64,000 nucleotides of DNA, taken from a virus (Duplodnaviria > Caudoviricetes). A program made the translations under genes and the position numbers. The notes beneath the pieces are model-generated. The model was not told the origin of the DNA, did no database searches, and saw only the letters and a list, made by a program, of their open reading frames with translations. Of this stretch, positions 39,601-49,100 are shown piece after piece; position 1 is the stretch's first letter, and the number at the start of each line of letters is the position of its first letter. Location of the stretch: IMG/VR virus record IMGVR_UViG_3300030376_006242. The stretch is one strand, 5' to 3'.

Positions 39601-39771
39601 GCCACAACTCCAAGATTAGGAGCAATATGGTGGAACTCAGACAGTGGTCTTTTAGAAGTGTATGCTGGAGCAGTTGATGGTTGGGTTTCTTCAATTGGTG
39701 TACAATCAGTCACAGTAACAGACGAAATTGCTCAAGATCTCAACGTGGTTTACAACCTCATATTAAACTAG
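36610..39771 (+). CDS. Large tail-fibre/virion structural protein
   Basis: GRISG.LLK.NL.R start, beta-helix region (YVSTNG.D..., PGTY.E..P) and repeated fibre motifs. Paralog of the next gene. Confidence 0.75.
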   Translation: MAVTNVGRISGPLLKANLTRTSDLAFETDLLYIGHTNGRIGVKSDAPTRDFQVNGNARYTGDLIATNSASFGNLEIDGLTSTFSTFTGPINMNATTKFQMTELRTGNLAFTNSGIRAYNGQNIEIAPGPGTGKVIIPSDLNTTGSIHATGDISFDGNIFIGGDGPEDTLSFKGDIESDLIPDVTGTYNIGSTSQRWGDVHVGSMTGLNDIVVDNTISLAGVRVNLGIENKWYVSTNGTDNLAGNHPNFAFGTIRHALQYIEESTAGPHQLHILPGTYIEQFPLEVPANVTVKGAGIRSVTIKPNVPGRYQDAFLMNDGSSVTDLTIKNFHYSASLDRGYGFRFAPNAGIVTKSPYIQNVSVVTQGDNRTATDPRGFDSGDAGRGALVDGNVLDTASPRASMLFNGVTFITPGADAVTVKNGSRIEFIDCFTYFANRGLYLEHSLNQYTPTGGSYNPATGVMSLTVGNHSMRVGETITIANNSLTFTCAMDNHQTDHTYPRATDPYSGKKITITDTTATSITCNVGISSNTSAHTFKSATANAVTEGTMNEARVIASATVYGNQGVVADGNGCLAYLISHNFAYVGAGKNVENDVDSIDQANEVVTTNNAKVHFVSQDQGGDFRVGDNFIVDLAKGTTSIAVNEGDLGASTLTIGVQGKQTLVDATKIDVPNFRIKDNKIQTLNNGFTISAVGSNNINLNSNVLMPNVDVTGNATIGGSGINFGNEAGDTVDFAMEFEQDLLPTNNTQSNIGSQTKNWKSTNSSRIALDNIDIHNNIIQTTDTNSQLELRANGTGKVNLEDIGFKTTVTSEQGDVAFSGGATSTIIDTTSHILLPSGTSAQNPNQGNAVRFDSSINEFELFSTGKIALNGIKDGDRDTYIDLSNNKFTFYADNTSIGEIDGAGNLIVNRFSSQDQFAIDGNTVTVGTASNPQAGFTANGTGKVLLDTANLSVSGGVIENSVVDADITFTGTGVKQNRTVTFDSTNGYVGPFGTGVQRDATTPRLGAIWWNSDSGLLEVYAGAVDGWVSSIGVQSVTVTDEIAQDLNVVYNLILN

Positions 39772-39825
39772 TATAAATTAACCTTGTACACAATATAATA
39801 CCGAAATACCGATAAATAATATTAA

Positions 39826-39942
39826 TGCAGGATCAGACCAGGTCCAGCAGGACAAACCGTGGTACAACCGGCGAAGAACCTATGAATAACGTAGGGTGAA
39901 AACAAGGGTTGGTGGGACAAGATCCCCGTGCTGTAAAAGGAG
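39826..39942 (+). promoter_or_regulatory. Structured 5' leader downstream of a late promoter (TAAATA 39813-39818)
   Basis: GC-rich multi-helix segment closed by CAGCA/TGCTG, ending 4 nt before AGGAG. Confidence 0.5.
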
Positions 39943-39947
39943 AAACA

Positions 39948-42900
39948 ATGGCTGTAGGTCGAATATCAGGTCAACTCTTGAAGTCCAACTTACTGCGTAA
40001 TGGCGCAGATTTGGCTTTCGAGACAAACTTGTTATACATTGATGTTAATAACAATAGGATTGGTGTTAAGACCGCTACTCCGGCATACCCCTTAGATGTA
40101 AATGGAACAGCACGTACAACAAATGCTGAAGTTACTGGACAAGTAGATGTAGGAAATATCACACTTACAGGTAACACAATTTCAACAACACAGTCTCAAT
40201 TAAATTTTAACGCAGTAGATGGCATAATCTACAACAACGAAATTCACGTCGATGACCTTATAATCAGAAACAACAGAATAGAAGCCACAGATACCAATCA
40301 AAATTTTGAAATTGTTACAAGTGGAACTGGTGTTGTAGACATTATAGGTGACACAGAAGTACAAGGAAATATTCACGCAACAGGAAATATTAGAGCAGAC
40401 GGTAACATCACTATTGGTGATAATGATACAGATTCAATCACAATCAATGCTGATATTACATCTGACATTATACCTGATCAATCAAACACATACAAATTAG
40501 GTACAGCGGCAAAACGTTGGAACGAAGCATATGCCAACAACTTGACTGTGGATAACTTGGCACTGTCAGGAAACATTACAGTACAAGGACTAAACTTAAC
40601 AGCACGTCCAGGAAAAGTAATATATGTGGCAACAAACGGTGATGATTCAAAATCAGGAACACACCAAAATGATCCGTATGCTACAATTGAACAAGCCTTA
40701 TCAGTGGCTATTGCTGGAGACCATGTATACATTTATCCAGGCACCTACACAGAAGATTTTCCATTAACTATTCCAACAGGAGTTAGTATTAGAGGTGATG
40801 GACTAAGAGCAGTAAAAATTCAACCAAGTGCTTTAACAAACACAAATGACGCTTTTATATTAAATGGCGAAACAACAATTGAAGATTTAACTATAACAGG
40901 TTTTTATTACAACAGTTCTGCAAACACAGGACACGCATTTAGATTTAATTCAACAGGTGCAGATGATTCGACTGGTTTTCAAGTTACATCAAGATCACCT
41001 TACATTAGAAATATTACAGTAATTACACAAGGTTCAGTTACAACAGCACTAGATCCAAGAGGATTTGGTTCTGGTGATGCTGGTAAAGGTGCTTTACTAG
41101 ATGGTTCAGTGGCAACGCCTGCTTCTAACGAAGCAAGTTGTTTGTTTCAAAACGCAACATTTATTACACCAGGTGTAGATGCGATCACACTGACAAACGG
41201 TGTTAGAATAGAATGGTTAAACTCTTTCACTTATTTTGCGGCAAGAAGTATCTATGCTGTTGACGGCACAACTGGTTTGGCTGAAGATGGTAAAACACAA
41301 TTAAAAGTTTCAGGTTTTTCAGGCACACCTGTGGCGGCAGGACACGTAATATCTTATTATGACACAGATGGAGTAACACAACTAGCATCTGGAACAGTTG
41401 AATCTGTAGACAATGGCAAAATAATTATTGATGGTAAATCTACTGGATTTGCTATGCCACCAGAAACAACAGGAAAACAAATTACAGCCAACGGTGATGC
41501 TAAATTAGATACATCTGTTTACAAATTTGGACAATCAAGTTTACTTCTTGATGGTGTAGGAGACAGTGCGTCAATAGGAACGACAGCAGACTTTGGATTT
41601 GGCACAGGAGATTTTACAATAGAATTTTGGGCATACCCAACAACACTTCAATCAACAACAGTGTTTGATTTTAGAAACAACACATCGATAGAGTATTCAT
41701 TGATGTTGTATATGACAAACAACGGACCTAAACTTTATGTTAACGGTGCTGATGTTATAATAGGAAGTCAAGGCTTTAACTTAAACACTTGGACACACTT
41801 CTCATTAGTAAGAAGCAGTAACACTGTAACAATGTATGTTGCAGGACAAAATGTTGGATCGGCTACTGTTGCTAATGATTTAGGTGCGGCTAAACCACTT
41901 GTAATGGGTAACAATTATGATGCCAACAATGGATTTATTGGAAACATAGATGATTTTATAATTTACAAAGGTTCAGCAATACGTTCAGGAAACTTTACTC
42001 CTCCAACAACTGAAGCAATTGGAAATAACAGCACAGTATTAGTAAGTAGATTTAATGGACAAAATCTATCAACTACAATTTTAGATACAAACATTGCTCT
42101 TCAAGATATTAGATTTTCAACAGGCGCAACAGCAACAAACTTTACACTTGTAGATTATACAGACTTTGGAGCAGAAGTTAGAGCAATAGCATCAGCATCA
42201 ATCTACGGAACATTTGGTGCAGTAGGTGATGGTGTTGGTGTAAAAATGTATTTGATTTCACACAACTTTGCTTACATTGGAAATGATTATGAAGTAGACA
42301 ACGATGCAACAACAGTGATTCAAGCCAATGAAGTTGTAACATCAAATGGTGCTAAAATTTTCTATTCATCAGTTGACCACAAAGGTGATTTTAGAGTTGG
42401 TGATCAATTCCATGTTAATCAAGACACAGGTGAAGTAAACTTTACATCTGCTTCATTGAACATTGATGTGGATCAAGCATTGACATTTACATCAGGACCT
42501 AATGTTACAGTAATAGCAGGTGACAAAGTTGAAACAGGAAATGTACAAATTTCTGGAAATACAATTACAACAACTTCTGGAGATTTAAATTTAGATTCAT
42601 TTAACAATCAAATTAATTTTGTAGATGATGTAAACATAACAGGAAATTTAGATATCACTGGTGACATCACTATTGGTGGTAATGTTACTATTGGTGATGA
42701 GACAACAGATTCAATCAACATAACAGCAGGTATAGGTTCAGACATTATTCCTGCCCAAGATAACACTTACAATGTTGGTTCAGCAACAAAAAGATGGAAT
42801 ACAATTTTTGCCAATGAAGCACAAATTGACAGTATTAATATTACTAATAATGTAATTACATCTAACAACACAAATGCTGATTTAGATTTAAGAGCAAGTG

Positions 42901-43679
42901 GCACAGGTTCTGTGAGAGTTGAAAACTTTACAGTGTCTGGTGACACAATGACAAATGATACAGGAGACTTCATTGTTAATCCTGCTTCAGGTGTGTTCAG
43001 AGTTGACGGGACTGGTTCAGTAAGAATTCCAACAGGAACAAGTGCTCAAAGACCAGGCTCACCTACAGCAGGTATGATGAGATATAACACTGATGATTCA
43101 GTGTTTGAAGGATATAACGGAACGAACTGGTTGGCTTTATCTGGTGTTTATGACTTAGATAAAGACACATACATCACTGCTGAGGCTACACCAGGCGCAG
43201 ATGATGACACATTAAGATTTTATGCTGGCGGAGTTTTGGTAGCAAATGTGAACCCAACTAGATTTGATGTCACATCATTACAGGTTGATGATATCACAAT
43301 CAGTGGAAATACCCTTACAACCACTGGAACTGACCAAGATTTAATCCTAAATGCTCAAGGAAATGGTAGCATTAGAATTGAAGACTACAAATTTGAGGGA
43401 AATGCGATAACTAATATTATATCTAGTCCGATTGTGTTAAAAACAACTGGAACGGGGTATATTGATGTGTCAGACTCGGGCGGTTTTGTGCTTCCAGTGG
43501 GAACAACAGCAAACAGACCGATTACACCTGTAACAGGTATGATACGTTACAACACCGCAGATCAACGTGTTGAATTATATGATGGGAACCAATGGGGTTC
43601 AATCGCAGGTTCATCAGGTGCTGTAAGTATTATTGACGCAACAGAAATAGCAGTGGAATACGCACTGTTTATGGGATAG
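39948..43679 (+). CDS. Large tail-fibre/virion protein with LamG/concanavalin-A-like domain
   Basis: Start MAVGRISG after the RBS. DFTIEFW, WTHF.LVR and GFIGNIDDF LamG motifs. Beta-helix and GT.A.RP...GM.RYNT repeats. Confidence 0.75.
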   Translation: MAVGRISGQLLKSNLLRNGADLAFETNLLYIDVNNNRIGVKTATPAYPLDVNGTARTTNAEVTGQVDVGNITLTGNTISTTQSQLNFNAVDGIIYNNEIHVDDLIIRNNRIEATDTNQNFEIVTSGTGVVDIIGDTEVQGNIHATGNIRADGNITIGDNDTDSITINADITSDIIPDQSNTYKLGTAAKRWNEAYANNLTVDNLALSGNITVQGLNLTARPGKVIYVATNGDDSKSGTHQNDPYATIEQALSVAIAGDHVYIYPGTYTEDFPLTIPTGVSIRGDGLRAVKIQPSALTNTNDAFILNGETTIEDLTITGFYYNSSANTGHAFRFNSTGADDSTGFQVTSRSPYIRNITVITQGSVTTALDPRGFGSGDAGKGALLDGSVATPASNEASCLFQNATFITPGVDAITLTNGVRIEWLNSFTYFAARSIYAVDGTTGLAEDGKTQLKVSGFSGTPVAAGHVISYYDTDGVTQLASGTVESVDNGKIIIDGKSTGFAMPPETTGKQITANGDAKLDTSVYKFGQSSLLLDGVGDSASIGTTADFGFGTGDFTIEFWAYPTTLQSTTVFDFRNNTSIEYSLMLYMTNNGPKLYVNGADVIIGSQGFNLNTWTHFSLVRSSNTVTMYVAGQNVGSATVANDLGAAKPLVMGNNYDANNGFIGNIDDFIIYKGSAIRSGNFTPPTTEAIGNNSTVLVSRFNGQNLSTTILDTNIALQDIRFSTGATATNFTLVDYTDFGAEVRAIASASIYGTFGAVGDGVGVKMYLISHNFAYIGNDYEVDNDATTVIQANEVVTSNGAKIFYSSVDHKGDFRVGDQFHVNQDTGEVNFTSASLNIDVDQALTFTSGPNVTVIAGDKVETGNVQISGNTITTTSGDLNLDSFNNQINFVDDVNITGNLDITGDITIGGNVTIGDETTDSINITAGIGSDIIPAQDNTYNVGSATKRWNTIFANEAQIDSINITNNVITSNNTNADLDLRASGTGSVRVENFTVSGDTMTNDTGDFIVNPASGVFRVDGTGSVRIPTGTSAQRPGSPTAGMMRYNTDDSVFEGYNGTNWLALSGVYDLDKDTYITAEATPGADDDTLRFYAGGVLVANVNPTRFDVTSLQVDDITISGNTLTTTGTDQDLILNAQGNGSIRIEDYKFEGNAITNIISSPIVLKTTGTGYIDVSDSGGFVLPVGTTANRPITPVTGMIRYNTADQRVELYDGNQWGSIAGSSGAVSIIDATEIAVEYALFMG

Positions 43680-43686
43680 GAAAAAT

Positions 43687-44019
43687 ATGGCAACAAATTT
43701 TAGAAACTCTGTAACAAAAAGTATAGGAACTGTAACTACGGCTGTATACGAAGCCGCACCAGGATCATACACAACAATCATTGGAATGGTTTTAGCAAAC
43801 TTGACAGAATCAGTTGTTGAAGCAAGTGTGACACTTACAGCAACTCCAGACTCAGTTACAGGATTTATAGTAAAAGATGTTTTGATTGCACCAAACTCTA
43901 GTTTACGTGTGTTAAACTCAGGAGAAAAATTAATTGTAGCAAGTCAAAACAGTTTAAACGTAAAATGTAATATTAACGACTCATTAGATTGTGTGTTAAG
44001 TTACGTGGAGATAACATAA
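43687..44019 (+). CDS. Small beta-rich virion protein (paralog family)
   Basis: Similar to 35445 and 57101 (GEKLIV...SY.E). Confidence 0.6.
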   Translation: MATNFRNSVTKSIGTVTTAVYEAAPGSYTTIIGMVLANLTESVVEASVTLTATPDSVTGFIVKDVLIAPNSSLRVLNSGEKLIVASQNSLNVKCNINDSLDCVLSYVEIT

Positions 44020-44020
44020 G

Positions 44021-44482
44021 ATGTCAAATACAGTTGGACAGGATACTGGCGTATATCTAGCAAATGGTATCAAAGACAGATACTTTTATGGATTACGAAG
44101 AACAGACGAAGGAACTTTATTCATAGGTAAAGTTGACCAATTGTCTGCAAACGATCCTGTGTCAATTAACAATCCAGGAAACATAGATGACAACTTTAAA
44201 GATTTTGATCAAGGTTATGATTTTTACGAAGGAAGAGATTTGAACCACGCTAAACCTTTTCCAAATTTAAGATACGAACAATTTAGATGGGACGATGTTA
44301 ATCTAAATTATTATATTAATTCAGAAGGCGAACTAGTTGTAAGAATAAACAGTAACGTTGGTGATGGAGAAATAACATATCCACAAACTGATGAATCTGT
44401 AATAGTAGAAACAACTGTGTTTACATTGGATAAAACAAATTACTTAATGGATAGTAATGAAATAACATTCGATAGAGGATAA
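44021..44482 (+). CDS. Virion protein, paralog of 45797
   Basis: RYFYGLRRTD.G.L and YEQ..WD..NL.YY.N.EGELV shared with 45797. Confidence 0.6.
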   Translation: MSNTVGQDTGVYLANGIKDRYFYGLRRTDEGTLFIGKVDQLSANDPVSINNPGNIDDNFKDFDQGYDFYEGRDLNHAKPFPNLRYEQFRWDDVNLNYYINSEGELVVRINSNVGDGEITYPQTDESVIVETTVFTLDKTNYLMDSNEITFDRG

Positions 44483-44500
44483 AGTAGGAGGAAAAAACGA

Positions 44501-45793
44501 ATGACACGACAACTTATAAACACTGGTATTATTCCAAATGACGGTCAAGGTGACTCGTTAAGGACTGCTGGTGGAAAAATGAATAACAATTTCGAGGAGT
44601 TGTATACGGCTCTTGGAAATGGCACAACTTTGACAGTTGTCAATAATAATTTGATTACTGCCACAGGTGCAAACAAAATAACTTTTTTATATAACACTCT
44701 AGCAGAATTACCAGATGCAGGAACGTATCATGGAATGTTTGCTCATGTACACGGTGAGAATGCCTCCTACTACGCTCACGCAGGTGCTTGGGTAAAACTA
44801 GCAGATGCGAATAAATCTATCGGAATGTTTTCAGATGTTGACTTAACAGCAACACCAACGAACGGACAAGCATTAATTTATGATTCAGGTGCACAAACTT
44901 GGAAACCAGGTGATGTACAAGCCGGCGGTGGTGGTGGCGGTGGCTCAGGTGTAACTAATTTCCTTGGCTTAACAGATACTCCAGCATCATACAGCGGACT
45001 AGCAGGTGGCTTTTTACAAGTGAACGGCACAAGCGATGGTTTAGAAATTGTTGCGGCATTTTCAATTGACAAATTATCAGACGTTGATACAACAACATCT
45101 GCTCCAAGTTCAGGACAAGTTTTAAAATGGAATGGTACAAAATGGGTACCTGGAGATGATTCAACATCAGGTGGCGGAGCCGCTGATGCTGGAACATTAG
45201 ATGGTTTAGATAGTACATACTTCTTAAACTACAACAACTTGAACAACAAGCCAACTATTCCAGCGGCGTTCACAGATTTATCAGACACTCCTTCAACACT
45301 AACAGGTGTAGGTGGAAGATTTGTTAAAGTAAACGCAGGTGGTACAGCATTAGAATTTGTTGTTGACGCAGGTGGCGGAGCAAGTGCTCTTAACGATCTA
45401 TCAGATGTAACAGTTTCTAGTCCAGCACAAGGTGATGTGTTGTACTATGATGGCTCAGGTTGGGTAAAACAAAACGGCCCAACAATGAGATGGAGCATTA
45501 GTTCAAATGGTTCATCAGACTACACATTTAGTGGTCCAGGATTTCCAACTACTACAAATGATCCAGTATTATACTTGATGAGAGGACACACTTATGTGTT
45601 TGTGAACAACACTGGTGCTAGTCACCCATTTGAAATTAGAGTTTCTAATGGTGGTTCAGCATACACATCAGGCGTAAGTGGTAGTAAAAACGGAACACAA
45701 TTATTCACAGTACCAATGGATGCACCAAGCACATTGTATTATCAATGTACAATTCATTCTGGTATGGGTAACACAATCAACATAGTGAGTTAA
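44501..45793 (+). CDS. Fibre protein with gp9/gp10-like N-terminus and C-terminal cupredoxin-like domain
   Basis: PNDGQGDSLR.A..K.N.NF.ELY, L.DV....P..GQ.L.W repeats, HPF...LYYQCTIHSGM. Confidence 0.7.
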   Translation: MTRQLINTGIIPNDGQGDSLRTAGGKMNNNFEELYTALGNGTTLTVVNNNLITATGANKITFLYNTLAELPDAGTYHGMFAHVHGENASYYAHAGAWVKLADANKSIGMFSDVDLTATPTNGQALIYDSGAQTWKPGDVQAGGGGGGGSGVTNFLGLTDTPASYSGLAGGFLQVNGTSDGLEIVAAFSIDKLSDVDTTTSAPSSGQVLKWNGTKWVPGDDSTSGGGAADAGTLDGLDSTYFLNYNNLNNKPTIPAAFTDLSDTPSTLTGVGGRFVKVNAGGTALEFVVDAGGGASALNDLSDVTVSSPAQGDVLYYDGSGWVKQNGPTMRWSISSNGSSDYTFSGPGFPTTTNDPVLYLMRGHTYVFVNNTGASHPFEIRVSNGGSAYTSGVSGSKNGTQLFTVPMDAPSTLYYQCTIHSGMGNTINIVS

Positions 45794-45796
45794 TAA

Positions 45797-46171
45797 ATGG
45801 CACAAGTATTTGGCGTAGGCATAGACGAATTACAGAAAACACTGGCAAACAATAGATATTTCTATGGTTTGCGTAGAACAGATGCCGGCGAATTATACAT
45901 GGTGAAATCAGATTTATTAAGACTAGAAGATGGTGTACAATTGAATAGACCAGGAAATATTGATGAAAATTACAATAATTGGAGTAGAGGTGAAGATTTC
46001 TTTGAAGGCAGAGATCAACAACATAGAAAAACTTATCCAAATTTAGTATACGAACAGTATAAATGGGACGGAAGAAACCTGTTTTATTACGTGAACAAAG
46101 AAGGAGAATTAGTATTAAAAGTTAACGAGGCTCACACATATGTAGGATATGTGGAACCTTATAGTAGTTAG
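45797..46171 (+). CDS. Virion protein, paralog of 44021
   Basis: Same conserved motifs as 44021. Confidence 0.6.
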   Translation: MAQVFGVGIDELQKTLANNRYFYGLRRTDAGELYMVKSDLLRLEDGVQLNRPGNIDENYNNWSRGEDFFEGRDQQHRKTYPNLVYEQYKWDGRNLFYYVNKEGELVLKVNEAHTYVGYVEPYSS

Positions 46172-46198
46172 GAAATAAATACATATAGGAATTAATCA

Positions 46199-49100
46199 AT
46201 GGCAGATTTTCGAATAGATAGGATAAGATTTAGATGGAGAGGTGATTGGTCAGCCAACACTCTTTATGTAAAAGATGACGTATTAAGATACGGTGCGAAA
46301 GTTTTTGTTTGTGTTGAAGTACACACTTCTGATACAAACTTTTATAACGACTTAAACAACACAATTCCAAGATGGGTACAAATGATGGACGGTCAAAGTT
46401 GGACCGGCGATTGGGCACCTTCTACTTTTTACAAAATTGGTGAACTAGTAAAAGTTGGTGGTTTAATTTACAAATGTATCGAAGGACATATTTCAAATGC
46501 GGATGCCAACAACGGTGTATTAGGTGATGAATTAAAATGGGTTTACTTTGCTCGTGGAGAAGACTATCAATCTGTTTGGCAACCAAACACACTTTACAAT
46601 GTTGACCAAACTGTAATTTACGGTGGTTCAATTTGGAAATGTAACACAGCACACACGTCTGCTTCAGCAGATGATGGATTACAATTCAATGCGGCTTACT
46701 GGGATCAATATTCAAGATCAGATAACTTTAGAGGTGATTGGACATCAAACACTTTATATTATCCAGATGATATTGTTTACTATGGTGGAACAGTATTTAG
46801 ATGTACAACAGGACACAGATCTGCACCATCAAATAAATTTGTAAATCCAACAACAACATACAACGGTGCATCAGGAAACGGTTTCCAATATTTTATATAT
46901 AAAACTGGAGCAACATACAACATAAAAGTTACAAATGCTGGTAACACTTATCTTGCTTCAGAAACATTTACAGTTTTAGGAACACAACTAGGTGGAGCAA
47001 CTCCAGCCAATGATGCTACAATCGTCATTGACACTGTAAACGCAGGTGCTATCGCAACACTTTCTGTAAACGGAACGGCTAACGATGCCGCTGATGGTTT
47101 AGAAGCAAACAGCGGACAATGGGAAACTGTGTTCACAGGAATTAGATACAGAGGAGATTACACTGTTGGAGAAAGATATTCAGCAGGAGAACTTGTTAGA
47201 TGGTCTCCAGGTATGTGGCAAGTTACAACAGGACACTGGGCAGTAGATCCACAAATGGTTGAAGGTAATTTCAGCCTATGGATACCAGGTTTAGAATTTG
47301 AACAACTATGGAGTATTTCACAATACTACCAACAAGGTGATGTCGTACTTTACGGAGGTTACACTTACGTTGCTTTACAAAGTAACATTGGTGTTCAACC
47401 TGCAGTTACAGACGCAACAAACACTTGGGAATTACAAGTTGTAGGATACACATTCAAAGGTGAATGGCAAGCAACTTACCTTGTTAACAATGCTGTAGAA
47501 AACTATCCATACAAAACTGGTGATGTTGTTAGAGCAGGTGGTGATTTATACATAGCAGTAAAAGATAACGAGAATGTAGATCCATCAACTAGAAGTGTGT
47601 ATGATGAAGGTTCAGACAGTCCATTCCCATGGCAATTACTTGTTGAAGGTTATGCTTTCAAAGGTCCTTGGGCAGAAACAGATTTAAACAACATAACAGG
47701 TGAATCAACTTATTTCCCAGGAGATGTTGTTACAGTAGCAGGTACACTTTATAAATGTATTTTAAAACATGAAGCAAATTCATCAGATGCTAAACCACCG
47801 TTAGATTTTGAATCAGAAAATGTTGGTCCTTATTGGGTTTTATTAGCACAAGGTCATACTCCAAACGTATTGGAATATCCTGGAGATATTAAAACACAAA
47901 ACGAAGATTCAACAAGATTAAGAATAGGAATTGGACAATCAGGACAACTTTTAAAAGTTGGTTCTAATAATATTCCTTTCTGGGAAGATTTTGATGTAAC
48001 ACCAAAAGTTTATTATGTATCACCAGACGGAGTTGACTCAGACACTAGAGGTACTCAATTAGCATCACCATTCAAAACAATCAAGTATGCTTGTGATTAC
48101 ATCAACGGCGATTTAGCCGCAAGAGCACCAGCAACTATTTTTATTAAAACAGGATTATATCAAGAAATACTTCCTATCGTTGTGCCAAGAGATGTTGCAC
48201 TTGTAGGAGATGAATTAAGAAGTACAGAAGTTAAACCAGCGGCAGGTTATGAAACTGGTTACGATATGTTTAGAGTTAACAATGGTACTGGTATTAGAAA
48301 TATGTCTTTAAGTGGACTAACAGGTACATTAGGACCAGTTAATCAATACGGAACAAGAAGACCAACAGGTGGTGCTTTTGTTACATTAAATCCTGGTTCA
48401 GGACCATCAGATGCGGCGGCTTGGATTACAACTAAATCATGTTACGTACAAAACGTATCTACATTTGGAACAGGATGTATAGGTTTAAAAGTAGACGGTG
48501 ATTTACACAACGGTGGTAACAAATCAATTGTTGCCAATGACTTTACACAGGTAATTGATAACGGTATTGGTTTCTGGGTAAATGGAGAAGGTAAAGCAGA
48601 ACTTGTATCTGTGTTCACTTACTACTGTCACATAGGATATCTTGCTACTGACGGTGGTAAAGCGAGAGCAACAAACGGAAACAACTCTTATGGAGATTTT
48701 GGTTCTGTTGCTGAAGGTGTAACACCTACAGAAACACCTATCACAGCAAAATTCAACAACAGAACACAAGAAGCCCAAGTAGATGCTGTATATAATGATG
48801 AAAACGAAATATTTGCTTTCGCTTATGATCACGCAGGACAAAATTATTCATCTGCTAACATAACTATAACAGGTTCAGGTCAAGGTGCGGCGGCAACAAT
48901 TAATTATGAAAATACAAGAGATGGTGCTGTAAACAAAGTAAGAATTTTAGGTCCAGGTGACTCAACACCAGCAGGTGGTGCCGGTTATACTAGTAAATCA
49001 GGACCAGCAATAACAGGTGACACAACATCAATCAAACTAAATGCTCAATTCCAAGGTACAACAGCACAAACAGTTGGACAAAGAATTTATATTTGGGAAG

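Noticed and set aside
39909-39947. N-terminal extension MVGQDPRAVKGET of the fibre ORF
   Set aside because: The RBS and the paralog's start support the ATG at 39948. The segment lies within the structured leader.
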